From positions 64,001 through 128,000 of the forward strand of contig JBEPZV010000002.1 of assembly GCA_041640655.1 (NCBI GenBank): a stretch of 64,000 nucleotides of DNA, in the 5' to 3' direction. The notes under the pieces are model-generated. The model did not search any database. It had not been told where the DNA came from and saw nothing but the letters and a program-made list of their open reading frames with translations. Shown here in pieces: positions 11,137 through 21,213 of this stretch (the stretch's first letter is position 1; every line of letters begins with the position of its first letter). The position numbers were made by a program, and so were the translations under genes. This DNA comes from a bacterium. Lineage in GTDB: Bacteria > Acidobacteriota > Blastocatellia > HR10.

Positions 11137-11344
11137 GAGTACGCAAGATTCTAGGCCGTCCTCTTGTGAGACGTCAAACCACAACCGCGTGGCTGACGCG
11201 ATCCGAGTCGCCCACACGGGCGGTGAGGCATCTCAGGAGTGGGACGACATGTTCACCGCTCTCGCGCGCATGGCATCCCGGCGCCTCACCCGGCGAGCAG
11301 AAGCAACAGGGCCACTCCGATGAACGCGCCGGGATCGGTAAGGC

Positions 11345-11875
11345 TCAGGGACGGCGTTGAGCAAGAGCAGCCATCAGCTCAGTGTGGCGCCGATCCATCT
11401 CGCGGAGATAAGTGAGCAGCTCCTCGTGCCGCCGCTCGCCGTCTTCGTGAATGGTGCGCATCGTCTCGTGAATCGCCCGTATCGTCTCTTGAGTCGCCCA
11501 CATCGTCTCCTGAAGCGCCCGCGTGGTCTCCTGAGTCCCTCGCATCATCTCCTGAATCGCTCGCGTCGTCTCCTGACTCGCCTGCATCGTCCCCTGAAGC
11601 GCGCGTATCGTCTCCTGGGTCCCTCGCATCATCTCCTGGATCGCTCGCGTCGTCTCCTGATTCCCTTGCATTGTCACCTGAAGCGCGCGTATCGTCTCCT
11701 GGGTCCCTCGCATCATCTCCTGGATCGCCCGCGTCGTCTCGTGCGCGGCCTGAACGTCCTGGCGAATGGACTCAATGAGCGCCCGCGTGGCCCGCCCATT
11801 GTAAAACACCCCGTACAGCGTCAGTGCCAGCCCTAAAGCCGACGCCATCACCCCGGCCAGTCCGACAAGCTCCAT
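11345..11875 (-). CDS. Membrane-anchored coiled-coil tandem-repeat protein
   Basis: N-terminal hydrophobic helix then heptad repeats; GAGGGGG RBS before ATG at 11875. Confidence 0.75.
   Translation of the reverse strand: MELVGLAGVMASALGLALTLYGVFYNGRATRALIESIRQDVQAAHETTRAIQEMMRGTQETIRALQVTMQGNQETTRAIQEMMRGTQETIRALQGTMQASQETTRAIQEMMRGTQETTRALQETMWATQETIRAIHETMRTIHEDGERRHEELLTYLREMDRRHTELMAALAQRRP
11447..11740. repeat. Intragenic 84-bp tandem repeat (42-bp subunits), about 3.5 copies
   Basis: ETTRAIQEMMRGTQETxRALQxTMxxxQ three times plus a partial unit; near-identical DNA. Confidence 0.9.
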
Positions 11876-11894
11876 CGTGTCCCCCTCTGCCGCC

Positions 11895-11924
11895 ATGCTA
11901 GAAGGGAATCGGCCTCGTCGTCAA
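11895..11924 (-). promoter_or_regulatory. Putative sigma70 promoter
   Basis: TTGACG-18 nt-TAGCAT upstream of the coiled-coil gene. Confidence 0.45.
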
Positions 11925-12145
11925 GCGGCGTGCCTGTCGTCACAAGGCCACTGGGAGCCGGAGAAGGCTCGCGGATTCATCCGTCTTTGGGAGAACCGCT
12001 TCTGTAGAATCGTCGGGATCGCTGGGTACGAGGGGGGAGTTGGGCACCGACCAAAGAGACCACCTGTGGCGTCTCCGATGATCTGCCCGCTGGTGGTCGA
12101 GATCTCACTTCGACGTTCGAGGAGACCCCCGTCGCGCGCGGAGGA

Positions 12146-13051
12146 TCACGGCATCTCCCGCTCCCGAATTCGCGAAGGCGGGGGGGAAGCTTCGTCCAAA
12201 AGCTGCGTCGTCCCCTCGGCCACAGATATTGGGGATGGGGCTCCTTCCAGAAGTTGCGTCGTCCCCTCGGTCACGGAGAACGCGCCGGAAGGGAGAGGCG
12301 GCGCCGCGGGCTCTTCGCTCACGCGTGGCCGAAGCCCTCCCTTTGTTCTTCGGCGGCTCACCCCTTGCCGCAATCCATAAATCCCCCAAAGCAGGGGTCC
12401 CCATCCGAGCGCCCCAGCGAGAAGTCCCAGAAAGATCACGAACCTTTCGAGCTTCGCCGGGAGATCGGAGAGGAGAAGGGCGAGACAAACGGTCATGAGC
12501 GCCAAGCCTGCGCTCCCTGTAAGGAGCGCCAGATATGCTGCGCGATTTCTCGCTACAAGGTTCAGAACGTCCAGCTCGGCCGGCTCTAAGACGGCCAGCA
12601 GCGCGCCGCATCGTCGGCAAAATCGCGAACCCGCGGGATTCTCCCCACCGCATCTCGTGCAGAGCGGTGCTCGGGCGCCTTGCAGCGCGACTGCTGCGAT
12701 CGCCTCCGCCTCCTGCGCGAAAACGGGCAGATCGCCCTTCGTGATCCATCCCAATCCCGAGTGCTTGAGCGAATAACTGAACGTCACCTGTGTCGCCTGC
12801 TCCCCCGCCGGCTTGAACCCGATGTGAAGGGACAACGGATACTTCAGGACGTTCAAAGAGAAGCTGGTGCCGCCGCGTCGCGCCTGGAGCGGCTCTTCGC
12901 TCACCACGTGATACCCCACTCGCTCAAGCGCCCGCGCCAGTTGCGGTCGGAGACGCTCGACCGTCCCCGGCACCACCAGCTTCACGTCGCATTCGGCCGA
13001 ATCCAGCCCAAACCGATAACTGATCACCTCGGCCTGAAGCCTGACGCTCAT
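12146..13051 (-). CDS. Zinc-ribbon-containing membrane protein
   Basis: CTRCG...FCRRCG, two TM helices, C-terminal duplicated SVxEGTTQLL. Confidence 0.75.
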   Translation of the reverse strand: MSVRLQAEVISYRFGLDSAECDVKLVVPGTVERLRPQLARALERVGYHVVSEEPLQARRGGTSFSLNVLKYPLSLHIGFKPAGEQATQVTFSYSLKHSGLGWITKGDLPVFAQEAEAIAAVALQGARAPLCTRCGGENPAGSRFCRRCGALLAVLEPAELDVLNLVARNRAAYLALLTGSAGLALMTVCLALLLSDLPAKLERFVIFLGLLAGALGWGPLLWGIYGLRQGVSRRRTKGGLRPRVSEEPAAPPLPSGAFSVTEGTTQLLEGAPSPISVAEGTTQLLDEASPPPSRIREREMP

Positions 13052-13195
13052 CTCGTCCTCCGTGTTCTCCGGCCGGGTTTATACCACAGACACAGGCGGC
13101 GAACAAGCCAACACTCGTATTGTCCGCGCGCGTTCGGAATCCACCTTGACGCCGGCTCCGAAGACCGTTTAACGTTAAGTGTCTGCTGAGGGGTC

Positions 13196-14188
13196 ATGTC
13201 GGACGCGCTGACCGAACTGATCGAGAGCATCCGCGCCCAAGACACGCGGGCCATTGCCCGGGCGATCTCGTTGGTGGAAAATGACGGAGCCCAAGCTCTG
13301 GCTCTTCTCCAACGGCTCTTCCCCTACACGGGGCGAGCCGTAGTCCTGGGCGTGACGGGATCGCCGGGCGTCGGCAAGAGCACGCTCGTGGATCGCCTGG
13401 CGCAGTATTATCGGGTTCGCGGAGAGACCGTGGGGATCATTGCCGTAGATCCCTCGAGCCCCTTCACCGGTGGGGCGATCCTCGGCGATCGCATTCGGAT
13501 GCACGCGCTCGGGACTGATCCCGGCGTCTTCATCCGCTCGATGGCCACGCGCGGGAATTTGGGGGGCCTGGCCCGCGCGACCGGAGATGCCATCCTCATC
13601 CTCGATGCCGCCGGCTATGAGAAGGTGATCGTGGAGACCGTCGGCGTCGGCCAGGGTGAAGTGGACATCGTGAAGACGGCCGATGTGACGATCGTCGTCC
13701 TCATGCCGGGACTCGGCGATGACGTGCAGACGATCAAAGCGGGATTGATGGAGATCGGCGATGTCTTCGTCATCAACAAGGCCGATCGTGAGGGCGTCTC
13801 GCGCATCGAGAGCGAGCTGAACGCCATGCTCGCCATTGCCGAACGGCGCGATGGATGGCACCCGCCGATCGTCAAGACGATCGCGACCGAAGGCCAGGGG
13901 ATCGAAGAGCTGGGAAACGCCATCGCGCGCTTCCTGGAATTCCGCGAGCGCAGTCCACAAGCCGACCGGCGACGTCAGGAGATGGCCGAACAGCGATTGC
14001 ACGCGCTGCTGCGGGATCGGCTCTTCGACTTCGCCCTGCGCTCTCTCACGACGGCCGAAGAGATGACCCGATGGGCTGCCGAGATCGCCCGTCGTGAACG
14101 CGATCCCTACTCCATTGTGGAGGAGATCCTGAAGCGGTGTGGGAGACCGGCGTCCACGCCCCTTTCGATCCCAGAGCGAGGGGACTGA
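13196..14188 (+). CDS. meaB: Methylmalonyl-CoA mutase-associated GTPase MeaB/ArgK
   Basis: TGSPGVGKST, VDPSSPFTGGAILGDRIRM, ETVGVGQ, INKAD. Confidence 0.95.
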   Translation: MSDALTELIESIRAQDTRAIARAISLVENDGAQALALLQRLFPYTGRAVVLGVTGSPGVGKSTLVDRLAQYYRVRGETVGIIAVDPSSPFTGGAILGDRIRMHALGTDPGVFIRSMATRGNLGGLARATGDAILILDAAGYEKVIVETVGVGQGEVDIVKTADVTIVVLMPGLGDDVQTIKAGLMEIGDVFVINKADREGVSRIESELNAMLAIAERRDGWHPPIVKTIATEGQGIEELGNAIARFLEFRERSPQADRRRQEMAEQRLHALLRDRLFDFALRSLTTAEEMTRWAAEIARRERDPYSIVEEILKRCGRPASTPLSIPERGD

Positions 14189-14192
14189 ACCG

Positions 14193-14606
14193 ATGCGACT
14201 GGATCACATCGCCATCGCCGTGCGTTCGCTCGATGAGGCGCTCCCGTTTTACACGGAGGCCCTCGGATTGACCTGCACCGGACAAGAGATCATCGCCGAG
14301 CAAGGCGTTCGCCTGGCTATGCTCCCGGTGGGCGAAGGGCGCCTGGAGCTACTCGAACCGCTCAGCGAGAATTCGCCCGTCGGCCGATTCCTGGCGCGAC
14401 GCGGCGAAGGCTTGCACCACATCTGCCTCCAGGTGGACGACATCGAGCGCGCTCTCGCCCATCTGCGCGCGCGGGGAATTCGCCTCGTGGATGAAGAGCC
14501 GCGCTGTGGAGCGGAGGGACGCAAGATCGCCTTCCTGCACCCGGCGAGCGCGCACGGGGTGCTCATCGAACTGGTCGAAGTTCCGAAGGAGGAGCAAGAG
14601 CCGTGA
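14193..14606 (+). CDS. mce: Methylmalonyl-CoA epimerase
   Basis: LDHIAIAV, GEGLHHICL, FLHP...GVLIELVE; adjacent to meaB. Confidence 0.93.
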   Translation: MRLDHIAIAVRSLDEALPFYTEALGLTCTGQEIIAEQGVRLAMLPVGEGRLELLEPLSENSPVGRFLARRGEGLHHICLQVDDIERALAHLRARGIRLVDEEPRCGAEGRKIAFLHPASAHGVLIELVEVPKEEQEP

Positions 14607-15721
14607 GACTCTCGACGCGAGCCGTAGGGCTCATCGCCATGGTCGTGGGGATCGCCGCCGCCGCCGTCCTCGTCCAACGCCGCCTCGCAGACCATCCCCC
14701 GCTCGCTCACCTCTCGGCTGCAGACATCGAGACGCTGCTTGAAGGCATGCCCGAATCACGGCGCGCCTTCTTCTCCACGCCGGAAGGTCGGCAGCAACTC
14801 GCCGAGCAACTCCGACAAGCGCTCGCCATGGCGCAGGAGGCCCGACGGATCGGGTTGTTAGGACGAACGGAAGTCGCCGCCCAAGTGGAGATTCAAAAGC
14901 TCACCCTCTTGGCCTCCGCGTATCGCGAGCGGCATCCCGACCTGGAGATCCCGGACGAAGAGATCGAGCGTCTCTTTCGGACGAATCCGACGGCGCTGGA
15001 TCAGGTGTTCGCAGCTAATCCCCAACTCTCCCGGAGCGCGCTCAACGAGCAGGTGCGCCGCCAGTATGGCGAGCTTCTCCTGCTGGCCGAACGCGCGCGC
15101 AAAGAGGGCCTGGATCGAGATCCGCGCGTCGCCCTTCAGCTCCGGGTCTTCCCCTCCTTCATCCTGCAGAGTTATCTTCTGCGCGAGCTGCAGCAACGCA
15201 CGTCCGTGAGCGAGGAGGAGATCCGTCGCTACTATGAGGAGCACAAGAACGAGTTCGAGCAGGTGCGCGCCCGACACATCCTCTTCAGCACGCGCCCGAT
15301 CGCGCGGGACGGGAATCCGCCGCCGGATAAGGAGACCGTGCGGCGCAAGGCGCAGGAGGTCTTGCGCCGGGCCCGCGCCGGAGAAGATTTCGCCACCCTC
15401 GCTCGAGAGTTCTCCGATGATCCGGGCTCGAAGGACAAAGGCGGAGATCTCGACTTCTTCGGGCGCGGCCGTATGGTGCGTGAGTTCGAGGATGCTGCCT
15501 TCGCCCTGCAGCCGGGACAGATCAGCGATCTCGTGGAGACGAGCTACGGCTTTCACATCATCAAAGTCGAGGCGCGACGTATCGCGCCGCTGGATGAGGA
15601 GACGCGGCTGCAGATCGAACAGACGATCCGACAGAAGAAGATTCAGGAACGGATCGCGCAGATCCTGGCGCGCTATCCCATCACGATCGAAGGCCTCTCG
15701 GCGGAGTCGCGCCATCCCTGA
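14603..15721 (+). CDS. PpiC/parvulin-type peptidyl-prolyl isomerase (PrsA/SurA-like)
   Basis: VRARHIL, FATLAREFSDDPGS..KGGDL, GFHIIK; N-terminal anchor. Confidence 0.9.
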   Translation: MRLSTRAVGLIAMVVGIAAAAVLVQRRLADHPPLAHLSAADIETLLEGMPESRRAFFSTPEGRQQLAEQLRQALAMAQEARRIGLLGRTEVAAQVEIQKLTLLASAYRERHPDLEIPDEEIERLFRTNPTALDQVFAANPQLSRSALNEQVRRQYGELLLLAERARKEGLDRDPRVALQLRVFPSFILQSYLLRELQQRTSVSEEEIRRYYEEHKNEFEQVRARHILFSTRPIARDGNPPPDKETVRRKAQEVLRRARAGEDFATLAREFSDDPGSKDKGGDLDFFGRGRMVREFEDAAFALQPGQISDLVETSYGFHIIKVEARRIAPLDEETRLQIEQTIRQKKIQERIAQILARYPITIEGLSAESRHP

Positions 15722-15730
15722 CGGAGGCGA

Positions 15731-16591
15731 ATGCTCGTGACCGAATCCATCGTCCTGGGGAAGATGACGCTCGACGTGGTGAGCGATGGGACATGGCGGC
15801 TGGATGGGGGCATGATGTTCGGCATCGTCCCCAAAGTGCTCTGGGAACGGGTGGCTCCGGCTGATGAGAAGAACCGCATCCTCATGGGCCTGAACTGCCT
15901 GCTTGTGCGCACGGATCGGCACGTTGTCCTCGTGGACACGGGACTCGGCGACGTGTGGGATGAGAAGTTCCACCACATCTATGCTCCCCATCGTCCGCGC
16001 CCGCTGCTGGAGCAGCTCGCCGACCGAGGGCTCCGTCCCGAGGATATTGACATTGTCATCAACACGCACTTGCACTTCGATCATGCCGGGAACAACACGC
16101 GGCGTCAGGGTGAGCGGATCGTGCCGACCTTTCCGCGCGCCCGCTATGTCGTCCAGCGCGGCGAATACGAGCACGCCATGGCCCCGAACGAACGCGATCG
16201 CGCCAGCTATCGCGCCGTCACCTGGGAATCCGTCCGCGAGAGCGGACAGCTCGAATTGATCGAGGGCGATGCGGAGATCGTCCCGGGCGTCCGCGTCCTG
16301 AAGGTGCGCGGTCATAATCGCGATCTCCAGATCGTCCTCCTGCACTCGGAAGGTCAAACGGCGGTCTTCTGGAGCGACCTGATCCCCATGACACCGCATG
16401 TGCAGAGGCCGTGGATCGCCGCTCTGGACCACTATCCGCTGGAGACGCTCGAGCAGAAGCGTCGCCTGCTGCCACAGGCTGTGCGGGAGCGCTGGCTCTG
16501 CGTCTTCTATCACGATCCGCATCTCCCCGTCGGGCGCATCATCGAAGAGTCCGACGGGCGATTCCGGGTCGTCCCCATCACGGGAGGGTGA
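15731..16591 (+). CDS. MBL-fold metallo-hydrolase (YtnP-like)
   Basis: [28 protein letters not shown]. Confidence 0.88.
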   Translation: MLVTESIVLGKMTLDVVSDGTWRLDGGMMFGIVPKVLWERVAPADEKNRILMGLNCLLVRTDRHVVLVDTGLGDVWDEKFHHIYAPHRPRPLLEQLADRGLRPEDIDIVINTHLHFDHAGNNTRRQGERIVPTFPRARYVVQRGEYEHAMAPNERDRASYRAVTWESVRESGQLELIEGDAEIVPGVRVLKVRGHNRDLQIVLLHSEGQTAVFWSDLIPMTPHVQRPWIAALDHYPLETLEQKRRLLPQAVRERWLCVFYHDPHLPVGRIIEESDGRFRVVPITGG

Positions 16592-16592
16592 G

Positions 16593-17471
16593 ATGTCGGA
16601 AGCCACGATCGGCATCATCGGCGGCAGCGGATTCTATGAGATGGAGGGCTTGCGCGACGTCGAGGAGATCACCGTGGACACGCCCTTCGGCAAGCCTTCG
16701 GACGCCTTCCTCCTGGGCACGCTCGAAGGCGTGCGCGTCGCGTTCCTGGCGCGGCACGGGCGCGGCCACCGGCTCATGCCGACCGAGCTGCCCTTCCGCG
16801 CGAACATCTACGCGATGAAGCTGCTCGGCGTCGAACGCATCATCTCGGTGAGCGCCGTCGGCTCCCTGCAAGAGAAATACGCGCCGCTGGACATCGTCAT
16901 TCCGGATCAATTCTTCGATCGGACGCGCCAACGACCCTCCACGTTCTTCGGCGACGGGATCGTGGCACACATCTCCTTCGCCGATCCCGTCTGTCCGGTC
17001 GTCAGCGATGCGCTCGAACGCGCGGCTCGGCAGATCGAAGGCCTGCGCGTGCATCGCGGGGGGACGTACGTGTGCATCGAAGGACCGGCCTTCTCGACTC
17101 GCGCCGAATCGCACGTCTATCGCGCCTGGGGGATGGACATCATTGGGATGACGAATCTGCAAGAGGCCAAACTCGCTCGCGAGGCGGAGATCTGCTACGC
17201 GACGCTGGCCCTGGTGACCGATTACGACTGCTGGCATCCCGATCACGATTCGGTCACCGTCGAGATGGTGCTCGAGTATCTCAACCGCAATACGGCCAAC
17301 GCCAAACGCATCGTCCGAACGGCCGTCGCGCTGCTCGCGGAGGCGAGCGGCGCCTGCCGCTGTCAATCGGCACTACGACACGCCATTCAAACGGATCGCG
17401 CCGCGATCCCTCCGGAGACCTTGCGGCGACTCTCGGCGATCCTGCGCAAATATTTCCCCATCGAGGAGTGA
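16593..17471 (+). CDS. mtnP: S-methyl-5'-thioadenosine phosphorylase
   Basis: [35 protein letters not shown]. Confidence 0.93.
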   Translation: MSEATIGIIGGSGFYEMEGLRDVEEITVDTPFGKPSDAFLLGTLEGVRVAFLARHGRGHRLMPTELPFRANIYAMKLLGVERIISVSAVGSLQEKYAPLDIVIPDQFFDRTRQRPSTFFGDGIVAHISFADPVCPVVSDALERAARQIEGLRVHRGGTYVCIEGPAFSTRAESHVYRAWGMDIIGMTNLQEAKLAREAEICYATLALVTDYDCWHPDHDSVTVEMVLEYLNRNTANAKRIVRTAVALLAEASGACRCQSALRHAIQTDRAAIPPETLRRLSAILRKYFPIEE

Positions 17472-17571
17472 GCCTATGCGAGATCGGGAGCACCGGCGAA
17501 GGGGGCGATCCTCCCCCCACGTTCTGATGGCGATCGGCGCTGGCGCGCGCCGGGGATTCCCCTTCACCGGC

Positions 17572-17976
17572 ATGGCGCGCGCGCTCAGCTTGGGACTCAC
17601 CCTCGTGCTCCTTCCGCCCCTGGCGCTCGCCGCGCGCCAAGGAAGCGTCTCGCGTGGTCCCTTGCTCGATCCCCGCAACCCGGAACTCGAACGCGCGGCG
17701 CAGCACGATCTGGAAGTCGCACGCTTCTACATCAAACGGAAGAAGTGGAAAGCCGCCGAAGGCCGCTTGCAAGCCATTGTGCGCGATCATCCGGCCTTCT
17801 CGCGCATCGTGGAGGTCTATTTCTTGCTCGGCGAAGTCTATCGGCAGACGGGACAGCGCGATCTCGCCGTGGAACTCTACTCGCGCGTCATCGAGGAATT
17901 CCCTGAACACGAACTCGCCACGCGCGCCCGCGAGCGCCTGCGCGACTTGGGCGCCTCCCCGATCAAAGGGGGATGA
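17572..17976 (+). CDS. BamD/YfiO-like TPR protein (start uncertain)
   Basis: Signal-like N-terminus; HDLEVARFYIKRKKWKAA resembles the BamD C-terminal half. Confidence 0.65.
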   Translation: MARALSLGLTLVLLPPLALAARQGSVSRGPLLDPRNPELERAAQHDLEVARFYIKRKKWKAAEGRLQAIVRDHPAFSRIVEVYFLLGEVYRQTGQRDLAVELYSRVIEEFPEHELATRARERLRDLGASPIKGG

Positions 17977-18000
17977 TCGCCGGAAGCCACCTCTAGGAAC

Positions 18001-18744
18001 TCAGAGGCCGAGCACCGCCCCCAACTCGTCCAACCGCGAGATGACGTAATCGGGATCCACGACATCGTCCGGCACCTCCTCGCCCCGCCGGTTCAACCAA
18101 GCCGCGTCCATGCCGATGCTCTTCGCGCCGAGGATGTCCGCCTCGAAGGTGTCGCCGACAAACAGCGCCTCGCGCGGGGAGACGCCCAACGGCGCGAGCG
18201 CTCGAAAGAAGATCTCCCGATGGGGCTTGCGCCATGGGACCTCGGCGGAGATGACGATCGTCTCAAAGAGATCGTGAATCCCGAAATCGCGCAGGATGCG
18301 ACGCGCCGTCGGTGGATGATCGAAATTCGAGACGAGCCCGAGCCGAAAGCGCTCCCTCGCGCGGACGAGAAGCCGACGGTTCTCCTCAGGCAAGTCGGCG
18401 CCGCGCGCCCACGTCTCCATATGCGCCTGCACCAAGCGCTCGACAACATCCTCCGACAGGGAATCCAACTGCAACAGTTCGAGCAGGTGTCGGAATCGAA
18501 CCTGCGAAGGATATTCTCGCAATTCCGTCTTGCGGCGCGCCTCCATCTGGCGCCACGATTCTCGAAAGGCGTCGTAGAAGACATCGAAGGTGATATGGGG
18601 AGCGTACTCGCGCAGGACATCATAGACGACCCCACTCGTCGAGAAGAGCGTCTGCTCGCCGATGCGGACCTGCGGCAAGCGCTCGGCATGGAAATCCACG
18701 ACCGTGTCGAACAAGTCGAAGAGGATCGCGCGATACGTCTTCAT
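18001..18744 (-). CDS. HAD-family hydrolase
   Basis: LFDLFDT, VSN, RKPH, FVGD...DI.GA. Confidence 0.9.
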   Translation of the reverse strand: MKTYRAILFDLFDTVVDFHAERLPQVRIGEQTLFSTSGVVYDVLREYAPHITFDVFYDAFRESWRQMEARRKTELREYPSQVRFRHLLELLQLDSLSEDVVERLVQAHMETWARGADLPEENRRLLVRARERFRLGLVSNFDHPPTARRILRDFGIHDLFETIVISAEVPWRKPHREIFFRALAPLGVSPREALFVGDTFEADILGAKSIGMDAAWLNRRGEEVPDDVVDPDYVISRLDELGAVLGL

Positions 18745-19262
18745 AGGCGCTCCGACCGATCCCCTCGCGACAGCAGCGCGAAGGCCACGGCGACGGCTTC
18801 CTCAGGTGTCTCCACCACGCGCAGGACGCCTCCGGCCTCTCCAAACGGAGACTCGAACCGCCAAGAATGAAGGAGGACAACGGGCTTCCCCACCTTCAGG
18901 GCGAGGGCGATCTCCGAGAGCGTGCCGTATCCGCCGGCGATGGCGATGATGGCGTCCGCCGCGCGCACGTTGATGACGTTGCGCGCTTCGGACAAGCCGG
19001 TGAAGATCGCGATCTGAATGTACGGATTCGGTGGCGACTCGCGCTCACTCCCTCCGGGAAGAATCCCGACGGTGATCCCGCCGGCTTCCCAGGCTCCGCG
19101 CGCAGCCGCTTCCATCACGCCCCCCAATCCCCCGCAGAGCAGAACGGCACCGCGCTCGGCGATGAGCCGACCGACGGCGCGCGCCTGCTCATAGATGGCG
19201 GGATCGCATTGCGCGCTCCCCATGACGCCGATGATCACACGTCGCACGCCTCTCGGGCTCAT
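18741..19262 (-). CDS. TIGR00725/LOG-like (SLOG) family protein
   Basis: CGGLGGVMEAA, ARNVIN, GGYGTLSEI. Confidence 0.88.
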   Translation of the reverse strand: MSPRGVRRVIIGVMGSAQCDPAIYEQARAVGRLIAERGAVLLCGGLGGVMEAAARGAWEAGGITVGILPGGSERESPPNPYIQIAIFTGLSEARNVINVRAADAIIAIAGGYGTLSEIALALKVGKPVVLLHSWRFESPFGEAGGVLRVVETPEEAVAVAFALLSRGDRSERL

Positions 19263-19425
19263 ATGCGAAGCAGCAATTGTAACCGCACGCCCACCGAACG
19301 AGCAATCACCAGCGATGACGCGCCCGCGACCTCGCGCTATTATTGAGCGGTGAGCGGAGGTCTTGCGCGAACGATCCGCACCATCGAGCGCGGGCCTTGC
19401 TCAATGTCAGTCTGAGGAGCTGCCC

Positions 19426-19731
19426 ATGCGGAAGAGAAACCGACGAGATGTGGAGCGAACATATTCGAAGGAGGCGTTCATCGCTCAGCTCCGGCGCCTG
19501 GCCGATGCCCTGGAACAGGGGAGAGCGTTCCGCATTCGCGTAGCGGGCGAGCGCGTGCGCATCCCGGCGCGCGCGACCTTCAGCATCGAGCACGAGCGCG
19601 AGCGAGGAGTGGAGGAGTTGGAGTTCCAAGTGCGATGGACGCGTTCCACTCCCGGACCATCATCGCGAAGGCAGCGCCGAGGCACGCGCCGCGCGCGTTC
19701 CTCCGCGAGAGCGGGCGAGCGCGCCACTTGA
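19426..19731 (+). CDS. Amphi-Trp domain protein
   Basis: AQLRRLADALE...FSIEHE..EELEFQVRW; GAGGAG RBS. Confidence 0.8.
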   Translation: MRKRNRRDVERTYSKEAFIAQLRRLADALEQGRAFRIRVAGERVRIPARATFSIEHERERGVEELEFQVRWTRSTPGPSSRRQRRGTRRARSSARAGERAT

Positions 19732-19756
19732 ACATTCCAGCGAGCCTCGCCACAAT
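19728..19756 (+). promoter_or_regulatory. Putative sigma70 promoter
   Basis: TTGAAC-17 nt-CACAAT upstream of the M16 gene. Confidence 0.4.
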
Positions 19757-19780
19757 CTTAGGGTCAAGGGGAGGGATCGC

Positions 19781-21196
19781 ATGAACCGATGGTTCTTCGG
19801 AGCGATCGTGAGCGCATGCATGCTCGGTGGAGGATCACCGGGCCTCCACGACGTCGGGGGCGTTGATGCTCCGACCGCCTCACCGTCGCTGCAACAGACG
19901 GAGGGATCGGCCTTCCTGAACGCCTACTACGATTCTCTCCTCAACGGCCTTCAGGTCATCCTCGTGCAACGCCCCGAGGCCTCTGAGGCCATCATGAGCC
20001 TCATGATCAAGAGCGGAGCGGCGTTCGATCGGGCGGGGAAATCGGGCACAGCGGCGCTGACGGCGCGCGCGATCTGGCTGGGAGCCGAAGACCTGAGCGG
20101 GGCGACGCTGAGGCAGCGACTCGCAGCGCTGGAAGCGACCGTTCACACGGACGTCACCTGGGATGCGACGACGATCACCGTCGAGGCCCCGGCGCGCAGT
20201 CTGCCGGAACTCATCCGCCTGATGGCGCGCGTCGTCTCGCGACCGACGTTCGAGGCCGAAGCGGTGGCAGCATTGAAAGCACAATTCCTCGAGGAGGTGA
20301 AGGCCAAGTCCGGCGATCTCTCCGAGGTCGCCGATCAGGATTGGTATCGCGCGCTCTATCATCCGCATCCGTACGCGCGCCCCCCCGAGGGTCTGCCGGA
20401 AGAGATCGCTGCGATCACCCCCCTGGATCTCGCGCGCCACCATGCGCGCTTTTTCATCGCCAACAATGCGACACTCGTCATCCTGAGTCCATTCGCTCCG
20501 GAGACGGTGATGCCCATCGTGCGCCCGAACTTCGGGGCCATGCTCAAGGGGAAGATCGTCCCTCCCACGTTCATCGCGCCCGCGCCGCTTCAGGGCGTGC
20601 GCATCCTCATCCGCGATCTGCCGGCAGCTCCGGTGGCGCACATTCGCCTGGGCGCTTTCGGTCTGGAGCGTTTCTCCGATGACTACGTCCCGGCCCTCGT
20701 GCTCGCCGAGGCCATCCGCCTGCGGCTGGAGCGCGCGCTCTCGGACATCGGGAATCCGGCGCCGCGCGCGCACTGTCGTTTCGACCTCCACACGCAGCGC
20801 GGCCCCTTCCTGCTCTCGCTCGCCGTCCCGAACGAACACATCGTCCCGACCCTACGGCGCGCCCTCCATGTGTTGACCGAGATACGCGCCGCAGGACCAA
20901 CTCCGGAGGAGCTAGCCGAAGCTCAACGGCGATGGAGCGAGCAGCTCGCGCCGGATGCGCTCTCTCCACGACAGTGGGTCGAGATGCTGCACCGCATCGA
21001 ACTCTACGGCCTGGGTCGAGACTACGTGCACCGCTTCCCCGCGCGGCTTCGCCGCGTGACCCGCGAAGATGTCGCGCGCGTGGCCGAGAAGTATCTCTCC
21101 CCGCAGCATCTGCTCATCGTCATCGTCGGACGGGCTCAAGGACTCTCTGATGCTCTGAAGGATCTCGGGATCGTGGAAGTGAAGGCCGGGACCTGA
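19781..21196 (+). CDS. M16 (pitrilysin/insulinase) family protein, probably non-catalytic
   Basis: LxNGLxV, HPYARP, VTREDVARVA; HxxEH replaced by ALTAR. Confidence 0.85.
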   Translation: MNRWFFGAIVSACMLGGGSPGLHDVGGVDAPTASPSLQQTEGSAFLNAYYDSLLNGLQVILVQRPEASEAIMSLMIKSGAAFDRAGKSGTAALTARAIWLGAEDLSGATLRQRLAALEATVHTDVTWDATTITVEAPARSLPELIRLMARVVSRPTFEAEAVAALKAQFLEEVKAKSGDLSEVADQDWYRALYHPHPYARPPEGLPEEIAAITPLDLARHHARFFIANNATLVILSPFAPETVMPIVRPNFGAMLKGKIVPPTFIAPAPLQGVRILIRDLPAAPVAHIRLGAFGLERFSDDYVPALVLAEAIRLRLERALSDIGNPAPRAHCRFDLHTQRGPFLLSLAVPNEHIVPTLRRALHVLTEIRAAGPTPEELAEAQRRWSEQLAPDALSPRQWVEMLHRIELYGLGRDYVHRFPARLRRVTREDVARVAEKYLSPQHLLIVIVGRAQGLSDALKDLGIVEVKAGT

Positions 21197-21213
21197 ACGT
21201 CCCCGGCTGCACC

